From a virus, in the IMG/VR virus record IMGVR_UViG_3300038465_000068, positions 3,053 to 67,052 of that record: a stretch of DNA of 64,000 bases; one strand, written 5' to 3'. The notes below the pieces were generated by a model that ran no database searches, was not told where the DNA came from, and was given only the letters and a program-made list of their open reading frames with translations. Positions 56,614 to 64,000 of the stretch are shown one piece after another. Position numbers and translations under genes: made by a program. Position 1 is the stretch's first letter, and each line of letters begins with the position of its first letter.

Positions 56614-56696
56614 TGGTGCGGCGAACTTCGCCATTTCCACCCTGCGCGCGCTTCCGGCCGGATCATGCGCAAAGGCCCGCCTTGCGGCTGGCACCA
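56614..56696 (-). ncRNA. unidentified structured RNA (multi-way junction, ends CCA)
   Basis: TGGTGC/GCACCA closing stem with three internal hairpins. Confidence 0.5.
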
Positions 56697-56701
56697 CCTC
56701 G

Positions 56702-56790
56702 TTGGTGGGCGCTCGACCATCTGCGCCTCCTCCGGTTTCCCGGCACCTGTTTGCCGCCTTCACGCAGCGGGTCTAAATCGGCGACACCAA
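56702..56790 (-). ncRNA. unidentified structured RNA
   Basis: TTGGTG/CACCAA closing stem; CCGG-GAAA-CCGG hairpin. Confidence 0.5.
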
Positions 56791-56801
56791 ACTGAAATAG
56801 T

Positions 56802-57102
56802 TGGCGGCTTTCTGTTGCCCGGAGGCCGCCTGCACCGCGCATCAACGCCGTTAGGCGGCGATGCGGACTTCTTCGTTGTCGTTGACCTTTACGGTCCTGC
56901 TCGCCTTGGCTTGCGCCGTTTCGATCCGTATCCAGCCGTCGATCCTGTTTCGCCCCCGTGCGCCGCGCATAGGCATCGAACCTATCTCCCTGCCCAGCAT
57001 GGCGGGGCCGCCTCACCTTGAGGCTTGTTCGCGGCTTGGTGGAGGCGGCGGGCATCGCATCCCGCGTCCGGTCAAGTCGTAATCGAAAACATCAGCTTGC
57101 AG
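56802..57102 (-). ncRNA. ssrA: two-piece (circularly permuted) tmRNA
   Basis: Acceptor piece ends GGACGCGGG..CCCGCCGCCTCCACCA (57037); coding piece starts GGGGGCGAAACAGGATCGAC (56957); G3-U Ala pair; tag VNDNEEVRIAA* at 56886-56851. Confidence 0.92.
56961..57035 (-). ncRNA. tRNA-like element inside the tmRNA intervening segment
   Basis: GCCGCG/CGCGGC acceptor, D arm GCCT-CAAGGTG-AGGC, T arm ATAGG-TTCGATG-CCTAT. Confidence 0.7.
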
Positions 57103-57109
57103 TTCGTGA

Positions 57110-57138
57110 GATATAGGACCGGATGGCCTATGCGTCAA
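57110..57138 (-). promoter_or_regulatory. promoter of the RNA operon with operator 57113-57131
   Basis: TTGACG-N17-TATATC; ATAGGAC-CGGAT-GGCCTAT. Confidence 0.8.
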
Positions 57139-57422
57139 TACCGAGGCTGGCGCGTTATACGCGGGTACCTCGCTCGCCGGGCCGTTGTCATAAGCCCCCC
57201 AGCCCCTCGATGGCGGTGGACGAGCGAGGTTCATATCACCACAAATTCAAAGCCTTGGGATGACATGCACAAATCGGCATACGAAATATGCGCCGGATTA
57301 TGCGTCAGGCCGCTTTTGCCGACGGGTGCTGAATACCAGTAGCGCGACGATGATCCAGAACGTGTGCATGACATTTCGCCCACCCAGAGGCCGTATAACG
57401 CGGGCCGGGCAGTTATCGGCAC

Positions 57423-57454
57423 AAAGAAAAAGCCCGGCAGTTTCCCGCCGGGCC
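57423..57454 (-). terminator. rho-independent terminator ending the terminase-portal-MuF operon
   Basis: GGCCCGGCG-GGAAAC-TGCCGGGCT-TTTTCTTT on the minus strand. Confidence 0.85.
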
Positions 57455-57482
57455 TTCTCTCCGATGTCCCACCCGCAAAAAC

Positions 57483-57881
57483 TTAGACGACGGTGATGGT
57501 GCCGGTCGTGTCCTCTGGATCGACGACAGCGCCAGCGAAATTGACGACGTCGGCGTCGGTGTCGGGATAGGTGGTAGTCGCGGTCAGCGTGAAATCGCCG
57601 TCGGTCGTGCCAGCCACAAAAGCGCAGGTCATGCCGTCAGCGGCAGGCGACAGTGTCAAGGCGGCAGGCGGCGTGACCGACCAGACCGGCACAACGCCAG
57701 CAGGCAGCGGGCGCGAGACGCCATTAGCGTCGGCAAGAGCGAGGGTCGCCACATGGCTAGAGCCCTGAACGTAGTTATTCGTCATGGTTATCATTCCCTG
57801 CCCGACGAAAATGAACCCAAAGCGGCGCGCGGGCGTCTCGCGACAAAGGGCTTTCAAAATCCTGCATAGGAAGCAGCGCAT
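57483..57881 (-). CDS. Ig-like domain protein (start may be 57794)
   Basis: PVWSV..P...LSPAADG..C...TLTAT beta-sandwich pattern. Confidence 0.65.
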   Translation of the reverse strand: MRCFLCRILKALCRETPARRFGFIFVGQGMITMTNNYVQGSSHVATLALADANGVSRPLPAGVVPVWSVTPPAALTLSPAADGMTCAFVAGTTDGDFTLTATTTYPDTDADVVNFAGAVVDPEDTTGTITVV

Positions 57882-57921
57882 GGCGCGAACCTATGCCGAA
57901 AACCGGATGGGACGCAATGTC

Positions 57922-58146
57922 CTATTCACCGCCTTCGCTGCCGTGGTTCTTGCAGCATGGCCCGCGCCACATGCCGCCAGTGATCCGGGCCCAGCCGCCC
58001 TTGGTGGCGTTGCTGCGCAGCACGATATAATCCGCGCCCTCGAATGTCTCCGTCACATGCCCACCGCACAGGTCGCAGGTCAGCACCATGCGAAGGTTCA
58101 TCAGCGGCCCATCGGGATTGTAAATTGGACGGATGCTCTGGCCCAT
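57922..58146 (-). CDS. small zinc-ribbon protein
   Basis: LTCDLCG...GW...GPCC. Confidence 0.5.
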   Translation of the reverse strand: MGQSIRPIYNPDGPLMNLRMVLTCDLCGGHVTETFEGADYIVLRSNATKGGWARITGGMWRGPCCKNHGSEGGE

Positions 58147-58195
58147 CAGGCGGTCTCCGGCGATAGGACAGCCCGTCCGGTTTTGCCCGGTCCCT

Positions 58196-59338
58196 TTATG
58201 ACTGCTTTTGCTTCTCCCGCGCAATAGCGGCCTCGCGGTCGGTGATCTCCTCGTGCTGAATATCGTCGTCGTCGCCGATGTCATCCTCCTCCTCTTGGTC
58301 GATATAGGTGATGCAGCGGCAGTTCGGGTGCAGCGGCGGCGCGAGGATGGGGCCAAAAGGCGTTTGGAAATAGCCGTCTAGCATGACGCCATCCGGGTTC
58401 ATGTCGGGCACTTGCTCGCAGTATTCGCACAGCCTGTCGTCCGGCGTCACCAGCCAGTAGCGCCGCGTGTCCTGCCCAGCCAGCAGGCCGTTATCCACAG
58501 CCTGTCGCCACGCAAGCTGCATCGCCGTGTTGGAGGCACGCATGGTCTCGGTGCGGGAGATTGTCTCGGCTCGATCCCTAATGGTGTTGTTGCGGTAGCG
58601 GTTGACCATGGTGGTGATCTGTTCGTCGGTCAGTTCGCGGTCGGCGTTGGGGCCAAGCGCGCGGTTGAGCGTCGGATCATGGCGGCGGTCGCGCCGAGCC
58701 CGGGTCAGCGCCGTGCGGTCCTTGTTCCGCAGCATGCGCTCGAAATTGTCCACAGCCGCAGCTTGGTTCTCGGTCAGGCCGAGGCTTTCGCGGATTTTGC
58801 GCGCTTGCTCATAGGGATGGCCGCCCATCTTGAAGGCGTCCTCGATCACCCGGCGGATACCGTCGCGGGTGTCCTGCGAAACCTGTTGGATCAGGCCAAA
58901 GTCGTAATTGCGCAAGAATGTTGCGGCGTGGGGGTTTGTCAGGTTGAAGGACATACCAGCGCGCACGCCCAGAGTCCGTGCCGTGGTCTTGCGCCCGGCT
59001 TGGATAAACACGTCCTCCAGCGGCGTGGTCAGGCCCGGCTTGAGCGCATCGGTCAGTTCGGCCTCGACGCCCAGCGCGCGCATCGCGCCAGCCACGTCGC
59101 CGCGCTCGATGGCGTCGCGCAGCATTTCCTCTTTGATGGTGTTGCGCACGCGGCGCAGCGCCTCAAGGAAGGCAGCGGCAACGGTCGGCCCGGCCTTGTC
59201 GGCGATGGCCAGCAGCCAGTCTGGGTCCGGCGGCGGGGGTGGACCGTCCGCCTTGCTGATCGGCCGGTTCCAAGTTTGCCGGAGCGGCGCTGTCCCCAGC
59301 AGGCGTTGCCGGTGCTTACAGGCGCTAGGGACGATCAC
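58196..59338 (-). CDS. MuF/SPP1 gp7-family minor head protein
   Basis: RAETISRTE, W...DDRLC..C, PPLHPNCRC. Confidence 0.92.
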   Translation of the reverse strand: MIVPSACKHRQRLLGTAPLRQTWNRPISKADGPPPPPDPDWLLAIADKAGPTVAAAFLEALRRVRNTIKEEMLRDAIERGDVAGAMRALGVEAELTDALKPGLTTPLEDVFIQAGRKTTARTLGVRAGMSFNLTNPHAATFLRNYDFGLIQQVSQDTRDGIRRVIEDAFKMGGHPYEQARKIRESLGLTENQAAAVDNFERMLRNKDRTALTRARRDRRHDPTLNRALGPNADRELTDEQITTMVNRYRNNTIRDRAETISRTETMRASNTAMQLAWRQAVDNGLLAGQDTRRYWLVTPDDRLCEYCEQVPDMNPDGVMLDGYFQTPFGPILAPPLHPNCRCITYIDQEEEDDIGDDDDIQHEEITDREAAIAREKQKQS

Positions 59339-60819
59339 AGAGGCTTGCGCCTCCGGCGCTTGCCGACCGTGCCGCCCGCCGTGGAACCGCCGCCACCGCC
59401 TGCGGCTGTGCCACCAGAGGCCGGTTTCGCCCCGGGCATGCCGGGAGGCAGCTTTTCCTTGGCCTTGATCTCGGCCTCTTGGTTCTGCTGGTCCTGTTCC
59501 TGCCCGTCTGACACAGCGGTCGGATTGTCGGCGGCTGGCAGGCCAGCCTCCTCGCGCAGGTGGGCCTCCAGCGTATCGTCGGGAACCAGCGCGCCAGCGG
59601 TGGCGATGTCGGTGATGTACTGGCCAAGCTGCATCAGGTCCGACTTGGCGATGTCGCCGTGCGTGACCGTGACCTGCCCCTTCATGGCGTTGAGGCGCAG
59701 CAGTTCCGTCGCGCCGCGCTGGACCTCGCTGCTGATGATGTCGAGGTAGCCGATCACCGCGTTGTTGAACATTTCGGTCTTGTTCTGGGATTGCGCGCCG
59801 TGCCCGCCCATCCCGCCGCCACCGCCGTGCTGCTGACCCAGTGTGATGAAGTCGGCCATCATGCAGGCCGTCATGCCGTGGTCATAGCGTCCGATAATCT
59901 CGGTGGTGGCGAACTGGCGGCGGCCGCCGGTCGCCAGCAACTCGACCTTGAAAATGAGGTTCTTGTTGGCGTCATAGATCGCCGGGACGATCATGCCGCT
60001 TTGCTCGTTGTTGTTGACGAGATTGACCATTTCCTTGACGTAGGCCAGCGCGGCCTTGTCGTCCTCGCTGGCGTCTTTCTTGAACCACGCGGACGGCACC
60101 GTCACCACCGGCATGCCGCAGAGGTCGCGGCTCACGCCGATGGCCTCGATCTGCTGCACGCGCTTTTTCAGATAATAATACTCGTACATCGACCGCAGGA
60201 TGCTTCGGCCTTCCGGGTTGTTCTTGTACGGCGTGGTGCGGAAATGCAGGCACTTCGACAGCGGCACGTTCAACAGCGGGCCGCCGGTCGGCAATAGCTG
60301 CACCATGGAGATCGGATCGCCGTTTGGCTGAAACGTCCAGTGCAGCAGCGTCTCTTGCGCGCGCCCGGCGAACTTGCGCCAGCCCAGCTTGCCATCGGTG
60401 TACTGGGATCGCTGCGACGGGTCATCACCATCCGGCCCGCGCCGATATTTGTAGACCACCTCGTAAACGCCAAAGCCGTATTGCAGGAACGACAGCGCGT
60501 CGGCCATGAAGTCGGCCCAGCTATGCTCCATGTCGGCAAAGCAGCTTTGAACGAAATCGGCGGCGTCCTCGTCCTCCTGCTTGCCATCGGTGACGGCCTT
60601 GACCCGGAACGGCACCGGGCGCAGCAGCATTTCGACAGCCATCAGGATCGCGGAAATGATCGGGTCGTTGTCCCGCATTTCGCGCAGCATGAGCATGCCG
60701 CGACGGCCGATAAGGCTGCGCAGCCACTCCTCGCGGACATAGCCCGAGAATTGGCGCAGGCCGGTCGCGCCGAACTCCAGCACCGCGTCGCCGACTCCAT
60801 ACGGTTTCTTGCTGGCCAT
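59335..60819 (-). CDS. portal protein (DUF935-like)
   Basis: EMRDNDPII, NPEGRSILR, IEAIGVSRDLCGMP; between TerL and MuF. Confidence 0.9.
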   Translation of the reverse strand: MASKKPYGVGDAVLEFGATGLRQFSGYVREEWLRSLIGRRGMLMLREMRDNDPIISAILMAVEMLLRPVPFRVKAVTDGKQEDEDAADFVQSCFADMEHSWADFMADALSFLQYGFGVYEVVYKYRRGPDGDDPSQRSQYTDGKLGWRKFAGRAQETLLHWTFQPNGDPISMVQLLPTGGPLLNVPLSKCLHFRTTPYKNNPEGRSILRSMYEYYYLKKRVQQIEAIGVSRDLCGMPVVTVPSAWFKKDASEDDKAALAYVKEMVNLVNNNEQSGMIVPAIYDANKNLIFKVELLATGGRRQFATTEIIGRYDHGMTACMMADFITLGQQHGGGGGMGGHGAQSQNKTEMFNNAVIGYLDIISSEVQRGATELLRLNAMKGQVTVTHGDIAKSDLMQLGQYITDIATAGALVPDDTLEAHLREEAGLPAADNPTAVSDGQEQDQQNQEAEIKAKEKLPPGMPGAKPASGGTAAGGGGGSTAGGTVGKRRRRKPL

Positions 60820-60848
60820 TTTACCCCTCGCCCCGATTCACCCGCACC

Positions 60849-62585
60849 CTACCGGATCACGAACGGATTGTCCTGTTGCAGGTCTTTGTTGGCCTTTCCG
60901 ATCTCAAGCCCGGTGCCGTGGTCGACCGGCTCCTCGATGAAAGTCAGGACAAAGGCGTCCGCGTCGTCCGGGCTGGCGATGTGGCGCACGGCAAGTTGTT
61001 TCTTGGTCTCGATCACAATTTTGCCCTTCTCGTTGCGGAACCACTTGGGGGTGGAAAGCTGCATGGCCAGCGTGGCGTCGTCGGGGATGACCAGCACCTC
61101 GTTCCACTTTTGCTCGATGCCGCCAGCCTGCTTTGTCAGCCATTGATAGTGCAGATACGACCGCTGGAAGGCGGCGCGCGCCAGCCACCAGATTTCGGCC
61201 TTGAGGTTGCCGAATTTGGCGTCGCTGGTGGTCTCGTCCGGCCAGACCCGGTCGCTCGGCGGGTTGCCGGTATTGATCGGCACCGCTCCGGTCAGGGTGG
61301 GATATTTGGCGCGGTCCAGATGGGTGAAGGCCGAAAGCACGCCAGCGCCGACGCCCGGCACGTCGAAATTCAGCAGGTGCGAGCCCGCCGTCACCATGCA
61401 GTCCAGCATCCAGATGGCGGTGTCGGTGGTATCGGCTTCCTGCCTGCGCTCTGGCTCCAGCACCAGCGGGCCGAAGCGGTGAACGATGACGCTGTTGGCC
61501 TTGCCCGCTCCCACGTCGCCGCCGCTGATGCCGCGCTTGGCCCTCGGGACCATCACGCCGAAGTCGCGGCCTAAGTCCACCGCCGCCTGAACCCATTTGG
61601 CTGGGATGGCGACGCCCTCTTGCGCGCCCGTATAACTGATCTCGTATTCGACGTCCCAAGTGGATGGGTCGGCCAAGGTGGCCTTTTTCTCGGTGGCCCA
61701 TGCGTCGTTCTTGCGTGGATCATCGCGCCAGTGCAGCCGGAACAGCGCGCCCGGGATTTTGGCGAACATCGCCCGCTTCTGCGCAAAAAAATTGGCCAGC
61801 CCGCCGTTTTCAGGGTTTGGGGTCGAGACCCAGCCGACGCAATCGGTGTTGCCGGATACCGCCGCCTCAACACGCTTGGCGTTGGCGATGTAAGCCGCCT
61901 CGTCGGCAACAAACCACGATGACCGTCCGCCACGGCCGGGATTTTCGCCTGTCACGCCGGTTATGACCGCCCCGTTTATCGGATTGGTCAGTTGCATAAC
62001 AAGGTCGTGTTTCCGCTCGACAACCCCCTCCGGCATCATCCATAGGGGCAGGCGGCGAACGATGATGCGCATTTTCTCGAAAATGCTGTCCGGGTTGCCC
62101 TTGCTATCGACGTTCTCGGCGTCGTTGGAGCAAAACGTGGTTTTGAAGCCGGGGCAGAACAGCCAGCGCCAGATGGCATAGCCCACCAGCAGGTAGGTCG
62201 CGCCTTGGTCGCGGGACTTCTCCAACAGGAACGGCTTGCCAGCCGAGACGCGCACATGCAGCGCCCGCAGAAATTCCTCCTGCTTCGGCCATGGGATAAA
62301 CCGGACATAGGGGGTTTTGTTTTCGGCAATCAGGCGCGGGTCGAAGGTCCACGCCCAGTTGCGGAACCAATGGATCAGCCCGTCAGCGCCGTTGGCGCAC
62401 TTGGCTATTTCCTTGGCGTGGCTGGCCTTGTCGCCATGCAGGATTTTGAAGTCGATCTCAGCTTTGGCGCGCTGGTGTTGGGCCTCGATCTGGTCGAGGT
62501 GGGTTTGCAGCAGCCGGTCGAGATAGTCAGCAGCCTTACGGGAATTGACCAGCCGCGATAGCTGCCTTGGCAAGTCGGATGGCAT
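60849..62585 (-). CDS. terL: terminase large subunit (start uncertain)
   Basis: EKSRDQGAT Walker A, FVADEAA Walker B, GGDVG and SPDDADA nuclease motifs. Confidence 0.93.
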   Translation of the reverse strand: MPSDLPRQLSRLVNSRKAADYLDRLLQTHLDQIEAQHQRAKAEIDFKILHGDKASHAKEIAKCANGADGLIHWFRNWAWTFDPRLIAENKTPYVRFIPWPKQEEFLRALHVRVSAGKPFLLEKSRDQGATYLLVGYAIWRWLFCPGFKTTFCSNDAENVDSKGNPDSIFEKMRIIVRRLPLWMMPEGVVERKHDLVMQLTNPINGAVITGVTGENPGRGGRSSWFVADEAAYIANAKRVEAAVSGNTDCVGWVSTPNPENGGLANFFAQKRAMFAKIPGALFRLHWRDDPRKNDAWATEKKATLADPSTWDVEYEISYTGAQEGVAIPAKWVQAAVDLGRDFGVMVPRAKRGISGGDVGAGKANSVIVHRFGPLVLEPERRQEADTTDTAIWMLDCMVTAGSHLLNFDVPGVGAGVLSAFTHLDRAKYPTLTGAVPINTGNPPSDRVWPDETTSDAKFGNLKAEIWWLARAAFQRSYLHYQWLTKQAGGIEQKWNEVLVIPDDATLAMQLSTPKWFRNEKGKIVIETKKQLAVRHIASPDDADAFVLTFIEEPVDHGTGLEIGKANKDLQQDNPFVIR

Positions 62586-62934
62586 CGGCACCGCCCTTGG
62601 CGATTGCCGCCGCGAGCCCTTCGAGGCCCGCCGTGTCGAGGCCGATTTCAATACGAGCCCCATACTTGTCCCTCATTTTGCGCTCGGCATACCAGCGCAC
62701 GGTCGCCATGTCCCCGGCCTTGAGCGCCTTGGCGATGGCCCCCTCGGCATGATCCTTCATGTCATCGTCGATTTCGGCCATGACGGCCTGCAACTGCGGT
62801 GAGCGGGCGATGCGCTCGTGCACGTTCTGCCGGGCCAGCCCCAGCGCCTCGGCGGCGCGCGGCACGATGCCGTCAGCAGCCCGCAGCGCAGCGGCAACCT
62901 TGGCGATTGTGTGATTGGTCTTACCCTTGGCCAC
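62536..62934 (-). CDS. terS: terminase small subunit
   Basis: N-terminal HTH (AAEALGLARQNV); directly upstream of TerL. Confidence 0.75.
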   Translation of the reverse strand: MAKGKTNHTIAKVAAALRAADGIVPRAAEALGLARQNVHERIARSPQLQAVMAEIDDDMKDHAEGAIAKALKAGDMATVRWYAERKMRDKYGARIEIGLDTAGLEGLAAAIAKGGADAIRLAKAAIAAGQFP

Positions 62935-63006
62935 GTCATTGCCCGTAATTACAACGGCTTGAAGCTATGACAGGACAGATCGGCCTACAAGATGGGACAA
63001 AGCGTC

Positions 63007-63714
63007 CTAATCTAGTGGCTCCATCATCAGCCGGACATACTCGACCGCAAGGTCGCGGTCCAGTTGTATCAAGGCGACGTCGTAGGTGGCGTCTTTAGGC
63101 CATTGGCGGACGCCGCGTTCCAGCACCATCCTTATCGCCGCGCGATTGGTGATGCCAAGTCTGTGAAGTTCCCACAGCATTAGGGTGTCGGCGCAGACCT
63201 CGGTGTCATACGAGCACCGGCCGCCTGACCCGGGACTTTCTCTGCCGAAGCCACCAAGTTTCCGAATGTTGCGCAGCCACGCCTTAAATGCAGGCGCGCG
63301 GCGCGGCTTGATCTCGCAAACGCGGATCATCGTTTTCTCAAATTCGCCGTCGAGTTCGCCATCGGTGACACCGAAGGCGCGGTCATCGCTGCTGGCAAGT
63401 TTGGGGGAATCCCGCCTAATGCTGTCCAGAACGTCAGCATCATCACCGCTGTCGAAATACTCGGCCGTGCTGACGCCGCTATTTAATATCTCGATACTAG
63501 CCCGTGGCGGGCTACCGCCGGAAGGCTCGTGGCAGATGTGCGCGACGCGACGCGCGGCGTCAGCGGTATCAAATTCGTATGCCTCCTCGCGTTGCGTCGA
63601 CCACCGTGTGAGATCATCGCTGTCAGCCAGATAGAGCACGGTGCCAGCATCCAGCCTGCGCGAATAGTCATGCTGCGAAAGGGTGCCTTTCGCTATGTAT
63701 TTGATTTCGCTCAT
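63007..63714 (-). CDS. hypothetical protein
   Basis: 235-aa ORF, GGAG RBS, ATGA coupling. Confidence 0.6.
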   Translation of the reverse strand: MSEIKYIAKGTLSQHDYSRRLDAGTVLYLADSDDLTRWSTQREEAYEFDTADAARRVAHICHEPSGGSPPRASIEILNSGVSTAEYFDSGDDADVLDSIRRDSPKLASSDDRAFGVTDGELDGEFEKTMIRVCEIKPRRAPAFKAWLRNIRKLGGFGRESPGSGGRCSYDTEVCADTLMLWELHRLGITNRAAIRMVLERGVRQWPKDATYDVALIQLDRDLAVEYVRLMMEPLD

Positions 63715-64000
63715 GCCGTCTCCGTTTTCGTGGTTTCGTCAGATTTTGGCGCGGCCGGTTGACGTTCCGCATCTTGCTTGACGTCCGGGGCCAAACGCTC
63801 TTTGGCGTCATGGTGCCATTGCCGGATGGTGGCGTAATCGCCAGCCTCGGTCAGGATCGCCCACGCGCGGCGGCAATCCTCCAGCGAGCACTCGCCGCTA
63901 TGAAAGCTGGGCAGGCCCATCTTGTGCGCCAGATAGGCATAGACCCGGCCGCGCGCCGCCTGCTGGATCACCTTGCGGGCTGCATCGTCGAGCGGGCGGC
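63711..64000 (-). CDS. DUF3268-like protein, 5' part outside the window
   Basis: RGRVYAYLAHKMGL...HSGE. Confidence 0.55.
   Translation of the reverse strand, partial: RPLDDAARKVIQQAARGRVYAYLAHKMGLPSFHSGECSLEDCRRAWAILTEAGDYATIRQWHHDAKERLAPDVKQDAERQPAAPKSDETTKTETA

Noticed and set aside
56957-57070. tmRNA end as a prophage attachment site or host boundary
   Set aside because: Both tmRNA pieces are intact under a phage-type promoter, the flanks are phage genes, and no duplicate copy or integrase is present in the window
56407-57342. ORF-track proteins over the RNA cluster (56407-56763, 56419-57021, 56663-57055, 57025-57342, and the N-terminal extension of 56031-56720)
   Set aside because: Low-complexity Arg/Pro/Gly translations with no RBS; the region is better explained by RNA genes
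62536-62663. TerS-TerL frameshift fusion
   Set aside because: The overlap is explained by an ATG at 62585; no convincing slippery site was found

Overview
The window is most of the genome of a tailed (siphovirus-type) dsDNA phage, very probably of an Alphaproteobacterium (two-piece tmRNA, GapR-like protein, GTA-like tail genes). No host genes, integrase or att site were recognised, and both ends cut through phage genes. From left to right: replication and DNA-metabolism genes (1-11.2 kb); lysis cassette (11.2-13.6 kb); tail, neck, fibre and capsid genes (13.6-35.3 kb, minus strand); a ~23 kb accessory block inserted between the prohead protease and MuF; then MuF, portal and terminase. Main highlights: (1) a 1737-aa polyprotein in which two ADP-ribosyltransferase-like domains, an unknown domain, an Acb1-like 2H phosphoesterase and a RelA/SpoT-like domain are separated by a repeated K-(F/Y)xP...D.xG(R/K)(W/F) motif. 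This suggests a protease-processed, capsid-loaded effector cassette, with an antisense-overlapping candidate immunity gene. (2) A small-RNA operon with a permuted tmRNA (tag VNDNEEVRIAA) whose intervening segment is itself tRNA-like, followed by three more CCA-ending structured RNAs. (3) A genome-wide ATAGGAC-N5-GTCCTAT palindrome in sigma70 promoter spacers, plus a conserved leader hairpin. (4) A prohead protease split across two genes. All family assignments come from motif recognition by eye; no searches were run.
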